Source: Ginglymostoma cirratum
Taxonomy: Eukaryota
Reading direction: 5' to 3'
DNA length: 64,000 nt
NCBI GenBank assembly: GCA_024137785.1
Contig: JAHRHZ010000070.1
Location: forward strand, 12,964,570 to 13,028,569
The notes beneath the pieces were generated by a model that did no database searches, was not told where the DNA came from, and saw only the letters and a list, made by a program, of their open reading frames with translations. Each line of letters begins with the position of its first letter. Position 1 is the first letter of the stretch. This document shows, one piece after another, positions 1 to 11,599 of this stretch. A program made the translations under genes and the position numbers.

Positions 1-1720
1 ACTGTTCCACGTTTCAGTTGTGTTCCTCAGAACTCTGACACAATTCTAAGGACCATGATTGGAGCCCTCTTGATCACTTCCTCCGTCCCAAGGACCTAAT
101 TTAGTCTACACCACTGGTGATCCCTTTGAAACTGAACATGACAATTTCACCTCTTTAAGCAGTGCTATCCAAATCCACCCCTATACGTTGACACCCCTGC
201 CATCCTCTATCCTGCGCTCCACATGTTCAAATCCATGATGAAATGCAACACAATTCAATCTAATATAAATGACTATTTGAGGACTAAAGAAACAACTGAA
301 ATTGGCAGATAGCCATTCAACCTAATCGGTCCTTCGACAAAGGGAATATCCCACCCTAGAATCTATCAACACTGCCTACACGCTGGCTCATGACAGTGTA
401 AAGCATTCTGAGGTGGCTTGACTGCTCACTTAGTTTCAACAAGGTAATCCACAACCATCCACTCAAGGCGATGAAGGTCAGACATAAACGCAGTTCCAGC
501 AGCCACACCTATAGTCTGAAAATGAATGGAAAGCATTGAAGAATGCAGATTTACTCATGTCCAATCACGTCTCAGATGGAAGTTCTGGATGACTGGCACA
601 CATCTGTAAGTGAGATGGCACCACTGTTGTTCAAGAGTTGGCAGGGTAAACAGCAGCATTTTCTGTCTATCTTTCTCTGGCCAGGCTTTCACATCACAGA
701 CACAAAAAATTAAACTGTCAAGGGCTGTGCTTGAATGAGGTCATGGATGCATTTCTTTTTGGCTGCTGGTGCAGCAGAGGCCAGCTTGCAATGTAAATGA
801 GGCAGCATCTATGGCAGAGTCAGAGCTGAGCTAAAACTTTTCTATTTCATTACTCAGTAACTAAAGTAGGGTGGGGGGGGGGGGGTGAGTTGCGCAAACA
901 ATTTCACAAACATTTCCTAAAGAAGTCAAAAAATATCCATAGAAAAAGTGATAAGCACAAGGATGTTTTGTCTTAATATGCTTGCATTCCACAATTGTTT
1001 TTTCTTCAAAGATACAGATCCCAGTGTTTGTTCAGCATGATTTCTCCAAATGAATTGACCCAGGTCAAATACACAATCCACTGCCCCACTGTAGGCTTTG
1101 GTGGCAAAAGAACAAAGAAAACCTGGGAAACAAATTGACTAGGAAGAAGCACAAAAGAGCCACAGCACTTATTTCCTTTGCTTTGATTAAAGCACCACAC
1201 TTTTGAGTAACTGCTTCCTGTTGTCCTAATGTTGGACAGAGAGAGAGTTATTACCCTGCTGTGATTCTACTGAAGACGGTAAGTACTCCCAGATCAGCAG
1301 AAGCTAAAAGTAATTCTGACTTCCTGTGCACTGACATGGGAACGCAGCCCACCTGCTCCGTGTCACCCCGACTGGGAATCTGAGCTGTGGCTCACGCTTT
1401 GATCTCACAATTGTAAAAATTTCCAAACTTCCACAGATAGTTGTTTTTCCTGGGGAGGAGCATAAAACTGAAGATCTACCAACTGGAAAGAAGGTGGAGA
1501 TGGTTAAAGCCATTCGTTGCTGATTCAAGAGCAAAGTTTGGTGAGAGGAGACCTCTGTGGGGTAATCACAGTTCAGTCTCCAGGGTAAGGGTCACCAGAT
1601 AAAGGCCAGTGACATAAGATTCAAACTGATTTCCATGACAAAGCGAGAATGGTACCAGATTCTGAATGTTAAAATAAACTCTTGTTTTGCTTCCCAACAG
1701 TGAGAACAGAAGTCAGTGTT

Positions 1721-1800
1721 AGAGACAAAAAAACTGCAGATGCTGGAATCGAAGGTAGACAAACAGGAGGCTGGAAGAACACAGCAGGCCAGGCAGCAAC
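1721..1800 (-). mobile_element. Penelope terminal-repeat fragment
   Basis: aactgcagatgctggaatc...gaacacagcaggccaggcagca; flanked by aagtcagt direct repeats. Confidence 0.72.
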
Positions 1801-2564
1801 AAGTCAGTATAAAATCAGCACTCCGATGTTGCTGTTCATTATTCTACTGAGCCTCAGGATTACGCTGTCCCTGATGTCTATCTATGAACAACAGCACTGT
1901 TAACTGCATTTGTTATAAACACGAGACAAATTTTATCCTGCTCAGTCTGGGAAGAATTCAATGTTTGGCATACTCCACACTGAGTATGTGGTCTCTGCTC
2001 TGCAAGGATTAGACTGTAACTGCCTTGGAACATATCAAATTTTATCTTTGATGTTAGTATGGAGCTGACAATGCCATTCATTTATCAACTGATATTATCC
2101 ATGGTGCTCTGCCGGATCAGTGGAATGGCTGAGCCAGAGTAGCACCATCCTGGGTGTAGCTGGGTAGCAGTGAGACTGCTACAATTCCCCTCAACAGCTT
2201 TGAGGAGAGAGAAGAAAGCCTGAATCTGTGACTCTTGCAAGTGAAATAGATGTTTGGACAACAGGTGAAGATAGGATCAGGCTTGGTTGTAATTCCCTGG
2301 TAGAATAACTCATTGATTTTCAAAAGTTAGTTATTAATTAAAGTCAATTGGACACCAGAAGGTGACTAATGCCCAGGAAACCATAATCCAGCAAGAAATC
2401 AGCACCTTCAGGAGAAGAAGGGTGGCGAGGGGTGATATATAACAATGATAATAATACTTTTTTGTCCCCAATGGACACACAGATAAAGTTTACCCACCTT
2501 CGTAAGCATCATCAACATTTCTACAATGCTCAAATGTACTCAAAATAGATTTTCAGGAAAGATT

Positions 2565-2937
2565 TCTCACTTGCATTTATATAACACCTATCACAACTGA
2601 AGCTGTTATCATAACCAATAAAACACTTTTGAACAGTAGTGTAATGCAAGGAATGCAACAGCTAAATTGTACAGAACAGGCTTTGACAGACAACAATGTG
2701 ATAATTATCAGATAATCTGTTTCGAGATTATAACAGGAGGTTAAGTATTGGCCGGGATGCCAGGAATTGCTTACTTGATGTTCTTCAAAACAGTGGTGTG
2801 AAATCTTTTATGTTCACATGACAGAGCAGACTCACTTTGAGTTAACATTTCATCTGAAATACAGTACCTCCAACCCCCAGTAGGGTTTGAACTCTCAACT
2901 GTCTGACTTAAAGCAAGAGTGTTATCAATCGATTGAC
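2565..2937 (-). mobile_element. Deu-domain SINE (SacSINE1-like), degenerate
   Basis: tRNA-like head at the right end (gagagttcaaaccc), Deu-like core (cagatgaaatgttaa..aaaagatttcacaccactgttttgaagaa) and L2-like tail (tatataaatgcaag). Confidence 0.7.
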
Positions 2938-3394
2938 TGCTGATATTTACCAATGAAACAAATATCCAAATTTCCCTCTGGAGTTGTATTTGAACTCTGC
3001 CTCCGTACGTTTGGTGAGGGGGGTATAATTAGCTGATCTAGTGCCCTAGTCTCAGTTTTTGAGGCCCAGCACAGTATCTGGGCACAGTTTCTGTGCCTAA
3101 TCTTGACTCTCAGTCTCATAGTGGGGCTAGGTTTTATCTAAGAGGACAAACAGTATCAAGATAACAATTGTGTCTGATCTTCATCATTAACTCCGCTGTT
3201 AGCGATATCCAGAGTGCCCTTCTGTGGTGGAATGTAAAAACTGCAAATGCTATTAATTATCTTAGCTGTAAACAATTAATTTTTAACCAGAATCTGGCTT
3301 GACATTTCTTAGAAATATTTCAGTCTGAATGCAATCTTATTGTATTCTATTGATTAACACATCATCAACAAAGGAATAGTTTACTTTAGCACGT

Positions 3395-4025
3395 AACAAC
3401 TATTGCATTTATATAGTGCCCGAATACGTTGAAAAATCTCAATGCACTTTGTGGCAACTTAATTAGGTTAAAATGGTGCAAAACTTTAAAAGACGACAAT
3501 AGAGTTGACCAAACCTTGTTGAAGGGCAGGAGTTTAAATGAGGGAGAAGGAGTGGCAGAATATTTTAGGGAGGTAAATCCAGACAGAGGAATCTAAATGG
3601 TTCAAAACATTGGGAGGCTGTATTGCGCAGAAGACTTGAGTCTGAGGAACTTGGAGTTCTGAGGTGAATTATTAGATCTGAGGGAAGACCAAGGCCTTGA
3701 AGGGACTGAAACACAGCATGAACTTTTTAACTAAAGGGATGAGGGAATTTTAGGGTCTTTGTAGTTCAATAAAGTCAGGAGTGACCCGAGAGCTGCACTT
3801 GTTGAAGGACAGAACCACAGACGTGGCTTGGTCCTGTGCTGTACTGTTCTATGTTCTAATACCACAGACTTTCAAATCAGCTCGAGATTACAGGAGTCCA
3901 ATTTGGGACCATTGCAGTAAGTTCATCTGGAGGTGACAAAGGAAGTGGTAAAAGTTTTAGTATGAGATGAGCGGCGAAAGAATCGAGGTGTGCTATGTCA
4001 ATATGGGTGATTTTTGTGATCTAAA
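3395..4025 (-). mobile_element. Old L2-type LINE 3' remnant
   Basis: ttgcatttatatagtgcc tail followed by purine-rich degenerate sequence. Similar tails at about 27085 (-) and 28250-28310 (+). Confidence 0.5.
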
Positions 4026-5410
4026 GGTCACAGTTCTTTCTTTAACATTTGTATTTGAATTCCGTCTTAGGAAGCTTTGACTTAAGGAAGGGGAGTCTAG
4101 AGTGGTGGTGGAATATTTTCCACTCAGTAGGCCACCAATCTTTACCCAAAAAGTAATGAAAAATGTATTTTTTTTCAAAAATCTGTACCTCAGTAACAGT
4201 GAATCAGTTCATCCAAGCTATGGGTGTTCCAAGTCAACAGGGAATGAGTGATTCAGACTGGCTGGAGCCCAGTCACATCTACCAACTTCAGAAATGTCTC
4301 CAGTCTCTAACTGACTGCCCTTTATTTGGTTGTTGGGTTCAGTTCAGATCAGCGGCAAGTTTAATAAAGTAGTATTTCTCCATTTTAAAAATGTTTGACA
4401 TTATTGTGCTACATATGTTAAAGATCACTACTATTCCATAGCTGAGACACTTAAGAGTAAGATTTCATTGTGGACCCTCCTTCAGCATTTAAAAAAACAA
4501 TTTTGTTTGGTTCCATATATTTAAGTTAAACTTTCAAATTCTCATACCTAAATTTTCTCATTCAGCAGCCATAACTGTTAGTTGGATCAAAGAGTGGATT
4601 CAGTCGGTTGTTTAAAGTACAATAACTTTTTGAGGAGATCTCTAGTTTAACCTTTATTAGCAAAGTGTGCAGCAACATGGAATGTCACTGCAACTGGGAC
4701 TCAAACAAGGAAAGCAAAAGATATGCACACACACACATAAAACATGGGAGTTGTTTGAAAAGGACAAGTGACATCATAGCAATAGTGTAAGGAGTAAAGC
4801 ATCATAGTGATTTGTGTCAGATATTGCAGAACTGATGCTCAGTCCTGAGCTGCACTATAATGCTTTTATCCATACAATGCGGCTTATTGTTACGTATCCC
4901 ACACTGACACTCCTCCTTGACAAATAATGTAGAAACGTGTTGAGGGACAGGTACACGATACAGAATGACTAATTCACCAAAACACCAATTTCAGTAAACT
5001 GAATTTTCAAGAAAGGATGAGAATGGAGGCTCGCAAAATCACTGTGTGAACAGGATGATTAATTGCTCAGCTGACATCAACACAAAATCAAATGATCCTG
5101 TCGGTCTCAGACAGAACAATGAGCTAAATGATAGAATCTGCATACAGTGACAGAATCCAATTGGTCACAGGGCAATCACATGAGCAGCAAGACGCCACAT
5201 GCAAAGAAGCAGGAAAATGATGGACACACAGGGTCACATCTGTCATGGACAAAGCCACAGCGACAGCAGCAGCAGACAGCTCATTTCGGCCAGAAAGCAT
5301 AAACAAACACAAATTATTTGATTTGTTTAAAAAAAAGTCTTTTTACTAAATTTTAATTAACAAAGTTTCACAAGGACACATATGGAAAGAACCCACGGCA
5401 ATTGCCATAT

Positions 5411-5416
5411 CATGCA
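5411..5416 (-). promoter_or_regulatory. UGCAUG RBFOX motif about 20 nt downstream of the 29-nt micro-exon
   Basis: Plus-strand catgca. Further copies at 5198-5203 and 6547-6552. Confidence 0.5.
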
Positions 5417-5435
5417 AAACCATTGATAGTCATAC

Positions 5436-5464
5436 CTTGGCTCATTCTAGTCATCCTTGTAGCA
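5436..5464 (-). CDS. kcnma1: kcnma1 29-nt micro-exon (N)ATRMTRMSQ leading to the DEC-type C-terminus
   Basis: ttttctctaaag|T GCT ACA AGG ATG ACT AGA ATG AGC CAA G|gtatga; in phase with the donor at 6678; matches mammalian NATRMTRMGQ. Confidence 0.93.
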
Positions 5465-6652
5465 CTTTAGAGAAAAAGTAAGTAAATATTCTAGGTAAGT
5501 TTACAATTTTCTTAAACTATCACATCTTGGACTCAGCACTTTCACTGACACTGTCTTATAGAATATTAAAATTTCCTGTAAACGACAGTGTCAGTGCAAG
5601 TCTACTTTGGTTAGTAGTTTTCTTTTAACCATAACGCACACCCACTAGCAAGCCCATGCTATGAAATAGTGGTATAGTGTAAACATTATTTTAGGAAAGT
5701 ATTACCAAACAGGGGAAATATAAAGTCATCTTACAAATACTGGCTTCCTAAATAAAAATGCATTCCCACACAGAAAGCAAATGTCCTGCTTCTATGAAAA
5801 ATCAACAAATCAGCAAATGCCAATCGTATTTATGACAATCACACAAAGAAGCATGTTTAACTGTCTTTGTGAATACAAACTGTAGTATGCAATGGCTACT
5901 GTATAAAAGTGCCTGACAGACTATTTTCTTTTCTTTACTTCTTTCTGCCAAAATTCACATCATTCAACCATCCCAGAAAAACATGACTGACTATTTACCT
6001 TAGGAAATATAAACTTAATTTTTTTTAAAAAAGTGACATTGATTCTTTGGGGGCACAAAAATAGTTGACAATTTAATAGTCAAATCAAGAAAATAGAGAA
6101 TGCTTTGCATGTTTCAATAAATTCTATTCATCTCCTCCGTCCCCCACCAAAGCTCTTTCAGCTGTATTTTTGCTAATATGAATATGCTATTGAATCGGTG
6201 ACAATGCAGAAATGACATGAATTTAAAATTCTCTGTCCTTACTACTATTAAGAGGACAATAGTAATTTTTCTTAGGAGTTGCCTATTTGGATGTAAGTAA
6301 TTTTCAGTTTAAGATAATTATAAGAATATTACTCTTTTCAGTACTCTTAATGCTGTGCATTAAATAATTACTATTATTATGCTCTGTGTAAAGTAACAAA
6401 CATTAAATAACTATATGATTTAAATATAAGCGTGTCAGTAGTTGTTGCTCAGAGTTAACTGGTGTCGGTAATGATTGGTTTTTAGATCCATCTGGTTTGT
6501 TGCTGTTGTGCTGCAGGAGATGAACGATGAAATCTGTTGACAAACACATGCATACACACAAACATGTGCAGACATATGTGATACAGTCCGTGACAAAGGG
6601 AAGCTCTGCACTGGGGAATGGACAGAGGTGAAAATTCACAAACAGTTTTTCA

Positions 6653-6902
6653 TCAGACAGCAGGGTCAAGCACATACTTCTGCTTTTCCCGGGGATCCCG
6701 AGTCTTGTTGCGGTTTGGACGGTTGGTGGTGGTTGGGATGGAGTGCACAGACGAGCTTTTCTTACTGGAAGTGTGTGAGGAATGAGACGAGTGTGATAAG
6801 CTGCCACGAGATTGGCCAGCATTATGGTCAAATTGCATTAAACAGAAGATCACATCCGTTGAGACTAGTTCGAATTCATAATGTGGATTAGCAATCACGT
6901 AT
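6653..6902 (-). CDS. kcnma1: kcnma1 C-terminal exon [82 protein letters not shown]; internal donor after 6678 for alternative tails
   Basis: Matches the KCNMA1 tail. Acceptor tttcttcttcctctccag completes the Arg codon CG|A. Internal donor CAGAA|gtatgt; read-through gives the equivalent of the mammalian QEERL tail, with stop TGA at 6653-6655. Confidence 0.97.
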
Positions 6903-7174
6903 CTGGAGAGGAAGAAGAAATATAAATGAACCATGTAAATTGTCCAAGGGCTTGGTACATTATGATGCACGTAACGGCCACAGTATTGCATACCCATTTC
7001 AAAAATTTTTGCTTTTGTCTAAAGTTGCAACATGGAGATAAAACTTATATCAAAATGCAATGCTCAGAAACATCATTGTATTAATTGTGTATGATGGTAT
7101 TCCTATTGCCATATGGTAACTTGGGCAGGATTGGTTAGAACAGTAGTTTTATATCCTAACTGATATTATTCTCC

Positions 7175-8523
7175 ATTGATTTTCTTTATGCAATGTAACT
7201 TCAGCTTCATGGTGTTAGCTGTAGGGCAGCTATAAACCAAAATTACCATATTTACCTAATAACTCTGCAAATGGAGTGCACAGTTGAACAGGATTTTTGA
7301 CCTGCGTTGGGTTGGTCAAATTAGGTTAAAATTGCCCACCAAAGTTTCCATAAGGTGCTTCACGTTAGGAAAGTGAGAATGCACACAATCCACTACTCGA
7401 CTACTGTACTTAGAAATGATCATCTGTCTGTTGTGACAATCTTTGATCCGGGAGCAAGGAAAAGGTGCAATTTCTTTAAAACATCTATTTTTGTAAAAAT
7501 ATCCGCAGAATGTGGAAATGATTTTCATGATGGTTGAAAGAGTTTTTTTTAAAAAAGGTTGCACTATTGTTGAGTAATCAATTTTAATTTTCTTGAATAA
7601 TAAGAAATACTAGCCGGTGTAATCTGGAACCCTTACACTGAAAGCAGTATCAGCAAAAAAGGAAGTTAAGATTTAGAAGCCATGTGGGCCAAGGCAATGA
7701 AGAGTTGTGGCAGGGCAAACACTAGAAAGGCACATTTGTAAGGAACAATGTGTGCAATGCAGTTATAAAGGTCAAAAATCGTAGAATCATAGAATCATAG
7801 AATCATAGAATCTCAGTGTGGAAGCAGGCCATTCAGCCCATCGGATTTGCACCAACCCTCCGAAGAACATCCCACCCAGACCTACTCCCTACCCTATTCC
7901 CATAACCTATAAAAACTGAAGACAGAATTAGAACAGTGATCGAAAGTTGATAAATTGCATGTATATGCTTTTCAGAGCTGCACGGACTATTTAAAAAGGA
8001 ACTAGTAAAAGGAGTCACTTGGGATTATATCACTTTAAGTCTTAAATTCAGCTCTGGAAGAGTGTTTTTTGGGTAATGACTATACCACTTGGATGGAATA
8101 GTCAGTGACTCAAAGACCAAGTCTAGCGAATGAGAAAAGTGAAAGATTCTATGTTCCAGACGCAGAGTGGGAATGACTAAGAAATTGTATATAGTGTCAG
8201 AACTATGCAGTAAGTGATAAAAGTATTCATCATCTGCTACCACAACTGCACAGAAAATGGTAAAGATGTTTGGAATCTAGTGAACAGTCTTTGTTGTAAT
8301 GACTATTTCATATGCAATTCATAGTTCACAACTACTTAACTTGCCTGCTAATTTACGCTAAAGTAAAAACTACACAATGTGGAATCTTATTGGGTGTAAT
8401 TTCTTCATTTATGGGTCATGAGATAAATTTGGTAATTTTGGGTTACAGTTGCTCTACAGGGCTCATAACACCATGAAGCTAAAGTTACATAAAGTTACAT
8501 ACAGTTGCATAAAGAAATTCAAT
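7175..8523. repeat. About 100-bp terminal inverted repeats (7175-7277 and 8403-8523) enclosing 1.1 kb; probable old non-autonomous DNA transposon
   Basis: attgattttctttatgcaatgtaacttcagcttcatggtgtta..ccaaaattacca is the reverse complement of tggtaattttgg..taacaccatgaagctaaagttacat..ttgcataaagaaattcaat. Confidence 0.7.
7782..7908 (-). mobile_element. HE1/CR1 3' end with (TAGAATCA)n tail
   Basis: About 3.5 octamer repeats, then the reverse complement of the HE1 tail. Confidence 0.8.
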
Positions 8524-8939
8524 TTAACTCAGAACCTTTTAAGCAGTATTGCATCATGATGATGTACTTGCAGATTATGTGAACACTGAAGATCACAGAA
8601 CATGTAGGAAAATTAATAAATGAAGGAACTGCAAGGCTCTTCAGAGTGCATCAAGTACATAACAGGACAAAGGCTGGAACTTTGTTTTTGTTAGAGTGAT
8701 ATGTTTAACAGGTAATTTGTGCAGAATGCCTGAAAAAGATAATCGAATCTGAAAAGAAACCTCCCCTAAATGCTGTGTAATAACATTAGTTAGACCTCAC
8801 TGAAACTGACAATGTTTGTACTTATACAGAAAGCAACACTTCAAACACTGTGACAATAACGTCTCCTTCACTTTCAACTTTATTTCGGACAGAAAGCAAG
8901 ACAGCTTTTTTGGGGAATATCTCCAGTAATCAATGCAGT

Positions 8940-9002
8940 GTTCACCACAACCTATCTTTTGTTCACCACAACCTATCTTTTGTTCACCACAACCTATCTT
9001 TT
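8940..9002. repeat. Perfect 21-bp tandem repeat, three copies
   Basis: GTTCACCACAACCTATCTTTT three times, with no spacers. Confidence 0.95.
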
Positions 9003-9009
9003 GGTTTTA

Positions 9010-9170
9010 GATGGAAAAAAAGAGTTAACGTTTCAGATCCAGTGACTCTTCTTCAGAACAGTCATCTAGACTCAAAATGTTAGCTTGTTCTCTCTCCATG
9101 GATGGTGTCTGACCCGCTGTGATCTCTGGCAATTGTTTTCGGTATAGATTCTGCGTACTTTGCTCCTACT
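9010..9170. mobile_element. Older Penelope terminal-repeat fragment in two orientations
   Basis: gagttaacgtttcagatccagtgactcttcttcagaa (reversed hammerhead-like core), followed by a plus-strand degenerate copy. Confidence 0.55.
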
Positions 9171-11221
9171 TATAATCTCATGGGTTGAATTTTAATCACT
9201 AAGAGGGCTGGGGCAGATGGGAAGGTAAAAAGGCATTAAATTCTCAAACTTGCCTCTTATCCTACTCCTGGTTTTCATGTTGGCAGATTGGAGGGTGAAC
9301 AAACAAGCTTCTCTGAGGAAGCAGAATACTTACTAAAATCTTGCCTCTATTTTTAATGTTAATAATGCATTGTGGCCTAGGATTGCTGGGAAGTATAACG
9401 ATGCAGGAAAGGATAAAACCATGCTATATCCATCTGTATTGCACTGTTTGTGGATGTGAAGGACCAGGAGTGAATCCACTAGGCCCAACAACCTAACAGA
9501 CAACTGGAACTCCATAATGTTGATACCTACACCTGGGGATCTCTGAAGCCCCTTACAATGTCAGAATGTCATTCCAGCTAGTGTGCTTGGAAACCAGTTC
9601 AAAAAGATGTCAGCAGCTTCTTCCCACTAAATTTAGCAGGTCCTGCAGGAAACCCTTACGTTTGGGTTTTCAGTCAAAGATTCTCACCCACCTGCTTTCA
9701 TCACAGCTTTCAGTAACTATCAAGAACATCAGAGACATATGGAGTAGTCACCCATTACATTTAGTTCTTTTATCTAATAACAAATGGCAAAACAGACCTG
9801 TTGCTGGGAATACGCAGTGTTGTGACAGCAAAGAACCCTCCAGGTTTTACTGCTCCAGTAACTGTTTCCACAAACTAGTCTTGCTTTTGAATTAGAAGAA
9901 GCCTGTACAATTCTGGCATTATTAGTCATTATTGTTTGAACTGACCATGTTTGTTATTAGAGTATACAGTATAATTCGTGATGTTGCATCAACAGAAGAC
10001 ACAGTCTGTCTGACAGGAACTCCACCAATTGGGCACTGATTATTGGGCCTGATGAAGAAAGCCACAGCTCAACAAGGAAGGCACCACAAAAGGTAATTAT
10101 ACCTACAGTTCCAGTTGTGTCCATCTCTGCATGCAAATTCTTCCTGCTTCGCTGCTCCAGAGTCCAACACTCTGCTCGTTTCAACCTACACATACTATTT
10201 AATGTAATTTTCTTCTGAGAAACCAGATCTGCCTGAGATTTAAATGATCGCAAGCCAGTCTTTGTATTTAATGTATGGCCTTTATTATAAGTCATTCAGA
10301 AGTTACAACTTTAGGGCTGTGAACTTAAACATGGCCTTAATTAAGGAGGTGCCCATATGAAAGGTGGTGGGTAAAATGGCTTCTGCACAAAGCTTTGTTT
10401 TAGCCAAGATAATCTCAGAGGTCACATGGCCATAGAAACCAAAGAACACAAAAGGCATAAATGCATAAAGGCACATCCATAAAAAGAAAGGATAAACGTT
10501 GAAGGTTACCCACACACACTGTTTAGAACGAAAACCATCCATGCATGAACTGAAAACTAATTGTTCTGTGTAGTCTGTCTGTTTTTTTGTCTGTCTGCAA
10601 TGTCACAAGTCATGCACAACTCTTTAGGTTCTTATTTTGATATTTATCACAAGCACAGCACTGGTTGGTATGGTCCTTTGTCTCACTGCCCATATTGAGC
10701 CCGTAAAGTACTTCACTTGCCTTCTTCAGATTAGACGTAATTATTTGACATCTCGAATGAATGTGCTTCAGCATTTCTTTGCTCGTCACTTCAGGGATAG
10801 TGTCATTATCACTTTAAAGATAATGACACTAATCTCTTTGAATGAGATGCCATCTTGGGCAATCACTTCATCTCTGCAGGCCCAACACATTCCTACAGTG
10901 ACAGCTGTGTACTTAATGGTTTCAGGCCACTCCAGCATCGCTACTTCTTGCAGTATTTGGGTTAGTATCTTACTACATAGTTTGCTTGATCTGTGCCAGA
11001 TGTATATCAGAATCAGAGGGCAGAATCCTACAGGAGCCTTTATGCTGTGAAAGGGTTACGACTGCGGTGCCACTACGTTAACAGTGAAAGGCAACTCTGG
11101 ACTGCCAGCACTTGTCCAGGTGCACAGCCAGAGTTCCAACGTGGTGCAAGTGGCCATGATATCTCAGTCAGTGGTCAGTTATCCCATATGTGCGAATGTT
11201 AGGATCAAGCTAGCATTGGGT

Positions 11222-11347
11222 GAGAGTCATTGGCCTTAAAACATTAACTGTGTTTTGCTCTCCCCAGATGCTGCCAGACCTGCTGAGGTTTTCCAGCAGT
11301 TTCGGTTTCTAATTTAAGTCTTCAGCATCTGCAGTATTTTGTTTTTA
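11222..11347 (+). mobile_element. Older Penelope terminal-repeat fragment
   Basis: aaacattaactgtg..ctctccccagatgctgccagacctgctgaggttttccagca..cagcatctgcagt; similar to 41130-41210 and 62565-62670. Confidence 0.65.
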
Positions 11348-11599
11348 GTTCAGTGTTTAGTCTTTCTTGCAGTTGCTTTGCAACAGATAGGAACAGTTAC
11401 AGAAAGACACTTTGAAGTAGCTTGCGACAAGAGATTAACAACATTTTTTCTCTTTCAAACAGAAACTAACTAAAATGCTCACAAGCAAAGACAATATAAA
11501 TAATAAAATAACCAAACAACCTTTCTCAGGCTGAGTGTAGCATTCTTTACCATGCATTAATGTTCTGGTTGCAAGATGCTGCTGCATGAGGGTTGTTCC

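Noticed and set aside
741-770. Minus-strand cagcagCCAAAAAGAAATGCATCCATGA resembles the start of the VYR/DEC terminal exon (NQKEMHP* vs NRKEMVYR*)
   Set aside because: No polypyrimidine tract, and the alternative frame does not give WFTDEPDNAYP..EDEC. Likely chance; the real exon is probably left of the window.
868-885. G-run with G-quadruplex potential
   Set aside because: Simple homopolymer with no supporting context.
6403-6891. Alternative-frame and antisense ORFs over the kcnma1 C-terminal exon
   Set aside because: By-products of the real exon and its 3' UTR.
8940-9002. CRISPR-like repeat
   Set aside because: No spacers, no cas genes, eukaryotic context; a simple tandem repeat.
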